From positions 1 to 61,597 of the forward strand of contig CALXRZ010000002.1 of NCBI GenBank assembly GCA_944391015.1: DNA of 61,597 nt, read 5' to 3'. This document shows positions 29,053 to 38,385 of this stretch, piece by piece. The notes under the pieces were generated by a model. It saw nothing but the letters and a program-made list of their open reading frames with translations. It was not told the origin of the DNA and made no database searches. Every line of letters starts with the position of its first letter. Within the stretch, counting starts at the first letter, position 1. This stretch comes from an uncultured Clostridia bacterium (GTDB taxonomy: Bacteria > Bacillota > Clostridia > TANB77 > CAG-508). The position numbers and the translations under genes were made by a program.

Positions 29053-29068
29053 AACTAGGTAGTTATAT

Positions 29069-29650
29069 TCATAAAATTATTGGTTCAATTTGTTCTCTAT
29101 CCAAAGCCTTTTCTATAGTAGGAATTAGATATTTAAAATCAGCTACCAAAGAGCGAGGCTTTGTGATTGGATTATCCTGTTTAAATGGTACGAAAAAATA
29201 ATTATTTCTATTTAATAATTTCCCTATATTTTCGGCACTACCAGATAGCCCATCATTTGTGGAGATAGCTATTACAACCGGATTATTATTTCGCAAATGA
29301 GATTTTGTAGCCATAAGTACTGGAGTATCTGTTATACCATTTGCAAGTTTCGCAATAGTATTTCCAGAGCACGGAGCAATTACCATTATGTCTGTAAGCT
29401 TTTTTGGTCCTATAGGTTCAGCACCTTGAATTGTATGGATTATATCTGACTTTCCGGTAATCTCTTTAACTTCATCTATATAATCTTGAGCTTTACCAAA
29501 TTTAGTATCTAACGTATATGAATTATATGACATTATCGGCAAAATATCTGCATTTTCATTTTTGAGTTTTTTAAGCTCTTCTAATACTGTTTTAAAAGTA
29601 CAGAAAGAACCAGTAAATGCAAAGCCTACTTTTTTATTTTCTAACTTCAA
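29069..29650 (-). CDS. dpaB: Dipicolinate synthase subunit B (SpoVFB)
   Basis: Aligns by eye along its length with B. subtilis SpoVFB as I recall it (GFAFTGSFCT, VIAPCSGNTIAKLANGITDTPVLMA, VVIAISTND); start tentatively at the TTG after AAGGAAG (track ORF extends to 29674). Confidence 0.8.
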   Translation of the reverse strand: MKLENKKVGFAFTGSFCTFKTVLEELKKLKNENADILPIMSYNSYTLDTKFGKAQDYIDEVKEITGKSDIIHTIQGAEPIGPKKLTDIMVIAPCSGNTIAKLANGITDTPVLMATKSHLRNNNPVVIAISTNDGLSGSAENIGKLLNRNNYFFVPFKQDNPITKPRSLVADFKYLIPTIEKALDREQIEPIIL

Positions 29651-29717
29651 AAAAAACACTTCCTTTCCAAACAACGTATTACTATATAATATGTCATTAT
29701 GTAAAGCAAAGTGAATT

Positions 29718-29748
29718 TTTACAATTTAAGCCCGTCTCCAATTGCAAA
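29718..29748 (-). repeat. ACGG-loop hairpin motif, copy d
   Basis: Reverse complement TTTGCAATTGGAGACGGGCTTAAATTGTAAA; 5 nt after the recombinase stop, upstream of dpaB. Confidence 0.8.
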
Positions 29749-29753
29749 TTGGT

Positions 29754-30734
29754 TCACACAAAGTTTAAAGGATTAGACTCAACTGCGTTTCTAACTTGTT
29801 CGTTACTAACGTGAGTATATATTTCAGTAGTTGCAATACTTTCGTGACCTAAAAGTTCTTGTAAGGCGCGTATGTCTACGTGCCCATATTGATACATTAA
29901 AGTAGCCGCAGTGTGTCTTAATTTGTGAGTAGAATATTTAGAGGTATCTAAGCCAGCTTTCATTAGTTCTCGTTCGACTATATACTGTACCATACGGTTG
30001 CTGATTCGTTCTTTTCTTTTACTTAAAAATAATGCTTTATTAGAGCCTTTTGAATCAACTTTAACACCTTCTTTTGGCCTAACAGACATATAATCTTGTA
30101 TCGCTTTTATACAAGATCCATTTAGGTAAATAGTGCGCTCTTTGTTACCTTTACCTATTACAGTAAGTCTATTTTCACTAAAATCAATATTTGAAATATT
30201 GATTCCTACTAGCTCTGACAAACGCAATCCACAATTTAGAAATAGCGTAATAATAGCATAATCTCTTTCTTTGTTTTCATCATTTTCATCAGCTGTAACA
30301 TTTAAAAGCTTTTTACTATCATCCAAAGACAAATATTTAGGCATACGTTTTTCTTGTTTAGGAGTTTTTATACCTATAGCAGGATTGTCATCAATTAGTT
30401 TTTGATCAAATAAATATGCAAAAAATATTCTTATGGTAGATATTTTTCTCGCTCTAGTAGCAGGCTTGCTCCCTTGATTTAAAGCAAGGTAGGAGAGAAA
30501 GGAGTTAATATCATTTGTAGTTATTTTTTTTAAAGTTTGTATATCGAAATCTTTAATATTTATTTTAGAAAAGTCATTTTCTTTAGTTAATTTAAAGTTG
30601 ATTTTCATATATTTTAAAAACATATTTAAGTCATAATTATATTCTTTAACAGAATTTGGAGATTTATTTAGAACCACAGCTGAATAGTCTAAAAATGAAT
30701 TTATGTATTCGGGATTTAAATCAGAATTTATCAT
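29754..30734 (-). CDS. Tyrosine site-specific recombinase (XerC/XerD-like integrase)
   Basis: SAM-like N-terminal domain; HKLRHTAAT and LLGHESIATTEIYTHV catalytic blocks. Confidence 0.9.
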   Translation of the reverse strand: MINSDLNPEYINSFLDYSAVVLNKSPNSVKEYNYDLNMFLKYMKINFKLTKENDFSKINIKDFDIQTLKKITTNDINSFLSYLALNQGSKPATRARKISTIRIFFAYLFDQKLIDDNPAIGIKTPKQEKRMPKYLSLDDSKKLLNVTADENDENKERDYAIITLFLNCGLRLSELVGINISNIDFSENRLTVIGKGNKERTIYLNGSCIKAIQDYMSVRPKEGVKVDSKGSNKALFLSKRKERISNRMVQYIVERELMKAGLDTSKYSTHKLRHTAATLMYQYGHVDIRALQELLGHESIATTEIYTHVSNEQVRNAVESNPLNFV

Positions 30735-30946
30735 AATATGTTCACCTCTAAAATTTCGTTTGTTATAATATCCTTTTACTAAAATATTTAGATATTATAA
30801 CGTGATTTTTATCATAGTTTTTTAATTGCACAAAATGTTCTGAAAATAATATATACTAATTTTGTAATAAATTCAAGAAATTTACTTGATTTTTTCAGCA
30901 AAATATTTCATAATGATAATTATAAATAGCAAAGGGAGAATTAAGT

Positions 30947-31936
30947 ATGAACAGTAATATTGAAAATGTTGAAAAAATGATAATAGAAAATTTACAAAAT
31001 AAAATTTATTTTAATATGAGCATTAGCTATAGCGAATTTTTGAACTTATATAATCCATACAAGGAGATAGTTAGTGAGGAAGAATTTGCAAAGATTTTAG
31101 GAATAAGCTATGACAACTTAATAATTATGAAGTATAGAGGAACTAGATCTAAAATTAAAACTTCACTTTTAGAAAATAAAGTTTCAGAGGAAAGACTAAG
31201 TCAAATTAAGGAAACATTAAAAAGTCAAGGATTAGAAAATGCAACTATAGATTATGATAAATTTTTACAATTATATGAACAATTTAAATTTGAAATGTCA
31301 GAACCAGAATTTGCACAGTTAATAGGTATTTCTTATACCAACTGGAGTAATATGAAAAATGCAAATTCAAGAGCGATAATACTAAAATCTACAAGCAAAC
31401 CAATATCTGAAGAAAGAAAAGATGAAATCAAACAAAAAATTATAAAAAGTGGTTATGCCAATAAACTTATAGGTTATGAAGAATTTTTGCAATTATTTAA
31501 TCAATTTAAAGGAGAAATGATAGAATCCGATTTTGCACAATTGTTAGGCATTACTTATTTGAATTGGAATAATTTGAAAACTGGTAAAAGAAGAGTAAGA
31601 ATTTTAAAGTTAAATGATGAAAATACGGTTGAAGAAGATAAAGCAATAAAGAGCTCAAGTATTCATTCTATAGAAGAAATAAAGCAACAAGTAGAAATGC
31701 AGATAAGTGAAAGCTCAACTCCTATAGATGTAATGCAAATGTGCTTACAAGCTGGAATGAAAAGAAATCAAACTTTAAAATATTGTATGGATAAATTTAG
31801 CTTAACTAAAACAGAACTTTTGAAGATGATAACACAATGCTTGCAAGATAAGAAAACGAGTAAAAATGTAATGAAAGAGAATCGTAAGAATAAAGACATA
31901 GGGGAGAATAAAGGCTCTGATAACAAATGTATTTAA
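30947..31936 (+). CDS. Hypothetical protein with three tandem HTH-like repeats
   Basis: Three repeats of about 75 aa of the type I.Y.(E/K)FL.L(Y/F)N.(Y/F)K.E(M/I).E.(E/D)FA.(I/L)LGI(S/T)Y.N; divergent from the recombinase gene. Confidence 0.6.
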   Translation: MNSNIENVEKMIIENLQNKIYFNMSISYSEFLNLYNPYKEIVSEEEFAKILGISYDNLIIMKYRGTRSKIKTSLLENKVSEERLSQIKETLKSQGLENATIDYDKFLQLYEQFKFEMSEPEFAQLIGISYTNWSNMKNANSRAIILKSTSKPISEERKDEIKQKIIKSGYANKLIGYEEFLQLFNQFKGEMIESDFAQLLGITYLNWNNLKTGKRRVRILKLNDENTVEEDKAIKSSSIHSIEEIKQQVEMQISESSTPIDVMQMCLQAGMKRNQTLKYCMDKFSLTKTELLKMITQCLQDKKTSKNVMKENRKNKDIGENKGSDNKCI

Positions 31937-32288
31937 TTTTTTAAGACTATGATAAAATGAAATGACAGAAATATTAAGAGTTGATTACGAGAAATGGGCT
32001 CCAATTGCCCAATCTGGTTCAATCAACTCTGTATAAATAATATATCATAAGTTTATGTAATAGCCAATATAAAGTTAATGCTAATTTTTATATAAAAAAT
32101 AATATAAAAATTTTTATTCTGTAAATAATTAGAAAGGGGAAATGATGGCACTTTCAAAAGAACAAACAATGTTATTGGACTTATTAAAGAGTTTAAAATT
32201 TGTATGATTTAAATATTTACTTGTATGCAAGATATTTAGTATAGAATAAGAAGTAGGGAGTGCAATAAATAACTCATATAAAAAAGGA

Positions 32289-32328
32289 ATCTCTTATTGC
32301 ACAAAATCAAAGTTTTGTGCAATAAGAG
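32289..32328 (-). terminator. Strong intrinsic terminator on the minus strand with no annotated gene upstream
   Basis: 17-bp perfect stem TCTCTTATTGCACAAAA / TTTTGTGCAATAAGAGA; on the minus strand it is followed by TTCCTTTTTAT. Confidence 0.6.
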
Positions 32329-32857
32329 ATAGGAGCATAATATAATACAGCCATAAACCTCTACTATCTATAATTTTTTCTTTTTAAATATTAAATTCTA
32401 TGAAAATTTTTCAAAAATCTCCAAAGTGCCTATTTCTCTGTATTTGCCTTATTTCACAGACAACAAACTATATGCCTAAAAAATAAAAACGGCTTAAAAT
32501 CGATTCTCGTGCGTCGCATTTTTGATACTTCTTTGCAAATCTACATATGATAGTAGTTTCTTCAAAAAAATCTACTTTTTAATGGTAATCTTGTAAAATC
32601 AATATTTAATCTAAAATTTTAAGCAAGTATTTTATCAACTTAAAAATAAAAATGCCTTAAAATTGATTTTGGAAAGCCAGTAACATTATTTTGTATGTTT
32701 TTAGCTTGTAATTTATTTTTTATATTTAAAAAAGTTTTCTATTTATTATTTTTATTCTAAATTAAAAGATTGCACAAAATTTTATTATATATTATTATAT
32801 ATTTTGATAATTTATATATATTAAAACTGTGCTATACCCCCTACTCTATCGTTTTAT

Positions 32858-32891
32858 CTAAAAAAAGATTAGTTATATTTCAAACTAATCT
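32858..32891 (-). terminator. Terminator of the fic gene
   Basis: AGATTAGTT / AACTAATCT stem; T7 tract on the minus strand. Confidence 0.65.
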
Positions 32892-32971
32892 ATAAATTGT
32901 AATTTGTATTATAAGTAACCCTTAAAACTATTTATCTTTTTTTTATTAAATTAGTTTATATTTATAATATA

Positions 32972-34033
32972 CTAGTTCTCAGATAAAAGTTTTATTAATC
33001 TTGTATTTTTATATAATTTTTCTCTACCTATTTTTTCGGATTCTAAAAGTCCTATTTCTTCTAACTGATTTAAATATGAAGTTGCAGTAATTCTAGTAAC
33101 GTTACAAGCTTTTTCTATATAGGCTATTTTCGTATAAACTTCATAAAATAAACTTTCTAATAATTCTTTTGAGTATATTTTAGGTAGTTTACTTCTAAAT
33201 TCTTCTTTGTAATTTATCATTTCATTTTGAATCTTTTTAATTAATAATATTGTTTCTTTAGATGTAATTTCAATACCTTTTAAAATATATAAAATCCATT
33301 CCTCAAAATTGTTATTATTTCTAACTTCATTAAATAATTTATAATATTCTTGTTTTGTCTTATTTATATATTTACTCAAGTATAGAATTGGGCTATCAAT
33401 TAAGTTATGTAATACAAGATATAGAATATTTAATATTCTTCCTGTTCTTCCATTTCCATCATAAAAAGGATGAATACTTTCAAATTGATAATGTATCAGA
33501 CAAACTTTTGTTAATGGGTCTATTCCATCTTCATTATTGTTTATAAAGTCTTCTAAATTCTTTAAATAAGTTCTTATTTCTTGTTCGCTTTGAGGTGGAG
33601 TATATATTGTTTCTCCAGTAATTGAATTTTTTAATTCCGTACCTGGTAATTTTCTAATCCCAGCATTATTATGCTCAATAGTTCCTTGTATTTTAATAAT
33701 AGTGTTTGTATTTATATAACCATCTTTTTTAATTTGTTCATATCCAAGCCAAATAGCATTTCTATAATCCACAACTTCTTTTGCATTTTCTTCTTTATAA
33801 CCACTTTCTGTTAGTACTTTATAAATATCATCGTGAGTTGTAACAATATTTTCAATAGCACTACTATCTTTCGCTTCATTAATAGTTACTGCGTTTATTA
33901 AAATATGCATATTTGGAATTGTATTTGAATATCCTTTTAATTCTGCTAATGCTCTTGATGATAAAGTTAATTGTTCTAAAATTTTATTTGTTTTTAGATT
34001 AACATTTTTATATGGTAACATTTCTAGTTTCAT
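32972..34033 (-). CDS. Fic-family protein (AMPylase-type)
   Basis: Canonical HPFYDGNGRTGR motif; C-terminal winged-helix-like segment. Confidence 0.9.
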   Translation of the reverse strand: MKLEMLPYKNVNLKTNKILEQLTLSSRALAELKGYSNTIPNMHILINAVTINEAKDSSAIENIVTTHDDIYKVLTESGYKEENAKEVVDYRNAIWLGYEQIKKDGYINTNTIIKIQGTIEHNNAGIRKLPGTELKNSITGETIYTPPQSEQEIRTYLKNLEDFINNNEDGIDPLTKVCLIHYQFESIHPFYDGNGRTGRILNILYLVLHNLIDSPILYLSKYINKTKQEYYKLFNEVRNNNNFEEWILYILKGIEITSKETILLIKKIQNEMINYKEEFRSKLPKIYSKELLESLFYEVYTKIAYIEKACNVTRITATSYLNQLEEIGLLESEKIGREKLYKNTRLIKLLSEN

Positions 34034-34247
34034 ATTTTACCTCCATATATATAAAATATCATATTTTTTATATGTTTTCAATAAATATGTATAAAAAATT
34101 TTTAAAATTATACATATATTTTAAAAAATAGACTAAATTTTATTAGATAATTTTATTTAATATAATAATAATGTAAAACTACCATTATATGCTATTATCC
34201 TGTAAAATTTAATCTAAGTTAAAGATTTTTTCTATTCTATGTATAAA

Positions 34248-35618
34248 TTATATTTGTTTTTTCAAAATGTTAGACATTTTATCTAAAAATTCCTCATTAT
34301 TTTTTGTTGCCATCATTTGCTCAATCAACTCTTCTGTTACATCTGCTACAGATTTTGTTGACATTGCTTTTCTTAATGCATATACAACTTCTTGCTCTTT
34401 TGGTGAAAGTAATAATTCTTCACGTCTTGTTCCTGATTTATTTATATCAATTGCTGGGAATATTCTTTTTTCAGATAAGCCTCTATCAAGATGTACTTCC
34501 ATATTTCCTGTACCTTTAAATTCCTCAAATATAACATCATCCATTCTAGAACCTGTTTCAATTAGCGCTGTAGCTAAGATTGTTAGGCTTCCGCCGTTTT
34601 CAATATTTCTTGCAGCACCGAAGAATTTTTTAGGTTTATGTAATGCGCTTGGGTCTAATCCACCAGATAGTGTTCTTCCTGATGAAGGTATAACTAAGTT
34701 GTATGCTCTTGCAAGTCTTGTAATACTATCTAATAATATTACTACATCTTTATTTTGCTCTGTTAATCTTTTTGCTCTTTCTAATACTATTTCAGCTACT
34801 TTTACGTGATGTTCTGGTAATTCATCAAATGTAGAATATATAACATCACCCTTTATAGAACGACGCATATCTGTAACTTCTTCAGGTCTTTCGTCTATAA
34901 GAAGTACTATCAATTCTATTTCTGGGTTATTGGTAGATATACTATTTGCAATTTTCTTTAATAAAGTTGTTTTTCCTACTTTTGGAGGTGCTACAATCAT
35001 ACCTCTTTGGCCTTTGCCTATAGGTGACATTAAGTCAATAATTCTCATTGCATATTCTGTTGGTGTAGTTTCTAAATGAATTCTTTCATTTGGATGTATT
35101 GGAGTTAAGTCATCAAATTTTTTCCTTTTAAAAGCCATTTCTGGCGCATCTCCATTAACTTTTCCAACAAATATTAGCGCTGGAAATTTTTCTCCTTCTT
35201 TTGGCATTCTTGCAATTCCTGTTACTTTATCACCATTGTCTAATTTGAATCTTCTAATCTGTACAGGTGAAATATATACATCATCAGCTGTTGATAAATA
35301 ATTGTCTCCTCTTAAAAAGCCATACCCGTCAGGTAGAACTTCTAATATTCCTTCTACAATTTTATCTCCATTATTTGTTAATTTATATCCCATTGAGTTA
35401 AATTCTTCTGCTCTTTCTTCATCCACTACTTCTTGCTCTTCAGGGTTTTCATTTTTGATTTCTGCAGTTCTCGTATTTTCATCCTCCATTTTTTCTTTTT
35501 TGGCGTTATTTTCTAAAAAATCTAATAACTCTTCTTTTTTTAATTTTGAAACATTTTTTGCGCCATATTCCTTTGCTAATTGGCGTAATTCAACTAACGT
35601 ATAATTTGTATAATCCAT
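34248..35618 (-). CDS. rho: Transcription termination factor Rho
   Basis: N-terminal Rho_N ([12 protein letters not shown]), acidic insertion, OB/RNA-binding part, Walker [12 protein letters not shown]. Confidence 0.96.
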   Translation of the reverse strand: MDYTNYTLVELRQLAKEYGAKNVSKLKKEELLDFLENNAKKEKMEDENTRTAEIKNENPEEQEVVDEERAEEFNSMGYKLTNNGDKIVEGILEVLPDGYGFLRGDNYLSTADDVYISPVQIRRFKLDNGDKVTGIARMPKEGEKFPALIFVGKVNGDAPEMAFKRKKFDDLTPIHPNERIHLETTPTEYAMRIIDLMSPIGKGQRGMIVAPPKVGKTTLLKKIANSISTNNPEIELIVLLIDERPEEVTDMRRSIKGDVIYSTFDELPEHHVKVAEIVLERAKRLTEQNKDVVILLDSITRLARAYNLVIPSSGRTLSGGLDPSALHKPKKFFGAARNIENGGSLTILATALIETGSRMDDVIFEEFKGTGNMEVHLDRGLSEKRIFPAIDINKSGTRREELLLSPKEQEVVYALRKAMSTKSVADVTEELIEQMMATKNNEEFLDKMSNILKKQI

Positions 35619-35790
35619 ATACTAATCCCCCTATATTTTAAATATTTATTATTATTATCTATTGAAATTTAATAAGAAATTAAATAAATTGAAAAAAGAA
35701 TAAAAACAAGTTAAACTATTTTTTGAGTTCTCTGAGCAAAGCGATAATTATTTCGCTAATGCTCAAGAGACTTTATACAAAACAGCTTTC

Positions 35791-36072
35791 TTATTTTTCG
35801 ATATCAATATAAACTCTTTCGTTTGGATAGTACATTCCTAATTTTTCTCTTGCAATTTGTTCTATATATTCATCTGAATTTATATTATCTTTCATTTCTT
35901 TTAGCTCATCTTGCTCCTCTTGAGCAGTCTCTATATTGTCATTATATTTATCTTTTTCTTGTGCATAACTATTTAAAGTTTTTTGTTGTGCTATAACTGT
36001 ATAAACAAAGTAAATAATAAACATTAGCACTAAAACTTTTCCAAATAATTTATTTATTTTTTTATTTTTCAT
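35791..36072 (-). CDS. divIC: Septum formation initiator (DivIC/FtsB family)
   Basis: 93 aa, one TM plus coiled coil, C-terminal EYIEQIAREKLGM block; follows yabP-yabQ. Confidence 0.7.
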   Translation of the reverse strand: MKNKKINKLFGKVLVLMFIIYFVYTVIAQQKTLNSYAQEKDKYNDNIETAQEEQDELKEMKDNINSDEYIEQIAREKLGMYYPNERVYIDIEK

Positions 36073-36164
36073 ATATGTTTTTCACTCCAAATTTCATCTA
36101 TATATTTATTTCTACATTTTTCCAAAAAATCCTTCTAAAATTATCCGATTTTTTATATTTTTTG

Positions 36165-36602
36165 TCATTTCATTTCTTTTTTCTTATTATATTTAAAATT
36201 TCCTAATATAGTTTTTATTTTATTTACTATTTTTATAAAATGCTCTATAATATGTTTTTTTATAAAATTTATGATAAATTTTATAGGTGTATATATTATT
36301 TTCTTTAATATATTTATTATTGCAACAGAAATTTTTACAAAATATTTACTTAAAATTAACATATACAATATTATACCAAGTATAACTCCAATAAAAATAT
36401 ATCCCCTCAATTCTCCATTATTGAATGAAAAAATACTATATAAAAGAATTGCTCCTGCCAAAAGCCAAAATAAAAAATCTTGGATGTATGTAATAAAATC
36501 TATAGTTTTAAAACTTTTCCTTAAAATTCGAAAAATGTCGAATAAAATTCCTATGCTCATTCCTGTTAAAATAAATAGCAAAAATATATAAATTTCATTC
36601 AA
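36165..36602 (-). CDS. yabQ: Spore cortex biosynthesis protein YabQ
   Basis: Polytopic small membrane protein, GILFDIFRILRK block, position after yabP. Confidence 0.75.
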   Translation of the reverse strand: MNEIYIFLLFILTGMSIGILFDIFRILRKSFKTIDFITYIQDFLFWLLAGAILLYSIFSFNNGELRGYIFIGVILGIILYMLILSKYFVKISVAIINILKKIIYTPIKFIINFIKKHIIEHFIKIVNKIKTILGNFKYNKKKEMK

Positions 36603-36648
36603 AAAATGTGCCTCCTTTAAAAGCTAATTTAAAATAATATTGCTTATA

Positions 36649-36969
36649 CTATTTGAATATTTTGCCTAATAGTCCTCCCCCACTTTTCTTTTCTAAATCT
36701 TTTTCACTATAACCCAAATTATATATTTCTCCATCAACTATTACATCAGCGGTATCTAAGCTTAATTTGTTTATTCTTAAATTTTCTCCCTTTACTGTAA
36801 GTAAACCTAATTCTGTTTCCAGAATTACTATTTGGTCATCAAAGCTAAGAACGTCTAGTACTCCTGAAATTGTTAGCTTTTCTCTGTTTTCTAATAACAA
36901 GTTTTGAACTGCATTATTAGTTGTAATATTATTATTTTTTCTTTCATCAATAGTCATATTTACTCTCAT
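36649..36969 (-). CDS. yabP: Sporulation protein YabP
   Basis: LTISGVLDVLSFDDQIVILETELGLLTVKGENLRI block; true start may be the ATG at 36957. Confidence 0.8.
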   Translation of the reverse strand: MRVNMTIDERKNNNITTNNAVQNLLLENREKLTISGVLDVLSFDDQIVILETELGLLTVKGENLRINKLSLDTADVIVDGEIYNLGYSEKDLEKKSGGGLLGKIFK

Positions 36970-37182
36970 TCCTTTCTAAAGGTTGATTTTACCTTTTACA
37001 ATATATAATTATTATATTCAGAACTTGTCTATTTTAGAACAAACAAAAAGTAAGAAAAATTGCTTCCCTCTATGCGCATTTAATATATGTACGGATACTA
37101 ATATGTGCATTCAGTTTCACTATTATGCTAAACAACAAAAAAAGTGTGCGTATAAAATTTAAAATTAAAACGCACACTTTTT

Positions 37183-37254
37183 ATTGTAGAAGACAACAAG
37201 GTTCTAGGGTACTCTACTTCAATCTTTGATTGCTATGTCGGATCAGGTTCTTAT
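37183..37254 (+). repeat. 72-nt conserved intergenic repeat, copy 2
   Basis: Same length and orientation as 19775..19846; about 61 of 72 positions identical by eye. Confidence 0.8.
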
Positions 37255-37284
37255 TAAATTTATTTTTGCCCTTACTTATTGTAT

Positions 37285-37305
37285 AGGAAAAATCGACTTT
37301 TTCCT
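37285..37305 (-). terminator. Short hairpin downstream of the ATP-grasp gene
   Basis: AGGAAAAA-TCGAC-TTTTTCCT; no clear T tract. Confidence 0.35.
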
Positions 37306-37321
37306 TGAGTTTTCAGTACTT

Positions 37322-38323
37322 TTAACGATTTTTTTTATGCTTTTTTATATCTGCTAATACATCATCCACAATATCAGTTCTTCCTCCTGATAAAACTTGT
37401 ACAATGTCAAAGCCTGGTCGTCTGTTTCCTTCAATTATAACTGGTCCATTTTCAGAAATAGCAACATCCCATCCTACAACAAGTATTTTATCGCTTTCCA
37501 AACTAGCTTCTAACACCATTTGCTTTGCTTCTTCAAAAAAAGGTATTTGAAATCCGTCGAATCTTGTATGTGACACTGGATGTTCTTTATATTCGTTCAA
37601 GTCTTTATCTATAGCATTTCCTACAAGCCTGCCAGTGTCCATATCTATATTTACTGCCATTCCTCTAGCGTGAAAATTGTCTATAGCATTTACGCCATTT
37701 CCTACTCTTAATCCCATCCATAGAATTCGTGGTGTTCCATAATCATTAAAGGTCATTATACGCATTGTATTTACACTTCTTGTACATAAGTTATTCATTA
37801 TTGGATGCTGAATAACTAACTCTTCTAAGAATATTCTATTTTTAATTGCATTATTAAAATATTCTTCTTTATTTACTATATCTTTTGTATATTCTTTTTT
37901 TACATTTGCACCGCCAAGTCCATCATAAGGCTTAGACATAAAGGCCTCGTGGGTATCTAAAAAATGCAAAAATTCTTGATAATTTCCTTCTTGTGGCACA
38001 AAAAAATCTCTTTTAGTATATTTTTTAAAATCTTCTAAAAAGTTAGGTTTTATTGTATACCTTTGCTTATACTCGCTAGGAGACACAATTTCGTAAAACT
38101 TATTTTCTTTACGTGTACTTAAATACTTTTTCCTTTCGGCTTTATTTTTATTATATAATTTGTAATTTAGATAGTCGCTAAGAGCAAAACCGTATCTAAA
38201 AACGCAGTATCCTGTGTCTAATATCAATTTTATAAAATTTTTATCTTCGCGTTGTGATACTTTTTTTAAGTTATAAAAGTATCTTTTATAATTTGCTGAA
38301 AAAATATATGAATAAAAAGCCAT
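37322..38323 (-). CDS. ATP-grasp family protein (sugar-transfer-associated ATP-grasp type, candidate)
   Basis: 333 aa; overall resemblance to that family as I recall it; no catalytic motif verified. Confidence 0.45.
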   Translation of the reverse strand: MAFYSYIFSANYKRYFYNLKKVSQREDKNFIKLILDTGYCVFRYGFALSDYLNYKLYNKNKAERKKYLSTRKENKFYEIVSPSEYKQRYTIKPNFLEDFKKYTKRDFFVPQEGNYQEFLHFLDTHEAFMSKPYDGLGGANVKKEYTKDIVNKEEYFNNAIKNRIFLEELVIQHPIMNNLCTRSVNTMRIMTFNDYGTPRILWMGLRVGNGVNAIDNFHARGMAVNIDMDTGRLVGNAIDKDLNEYKEHPVSHTRFDGFQIPFFEEAKQMVLEASLESDKILVVGWDVAISENGPVIIEGNRRPGFDIVQVLSGGRTDIVDDVLADIKKHKKNR

Positions 38324-38385
38324 ATTAGTTTATTAACCTAAATATTTTTTAGGTTTTCTCCTTTCTCATTTATTAAATTTTAAAC

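Noticed and set aside
32695-32760. 21-aa hydrophobic ORF (MFLACNLFFIFKKVFYLLFLF) as a type I toxin
   Set aside because: There is no RBS, and T-rich sequence produces Phe/Leu ORFs by chance. There is no supporting antisense structure.
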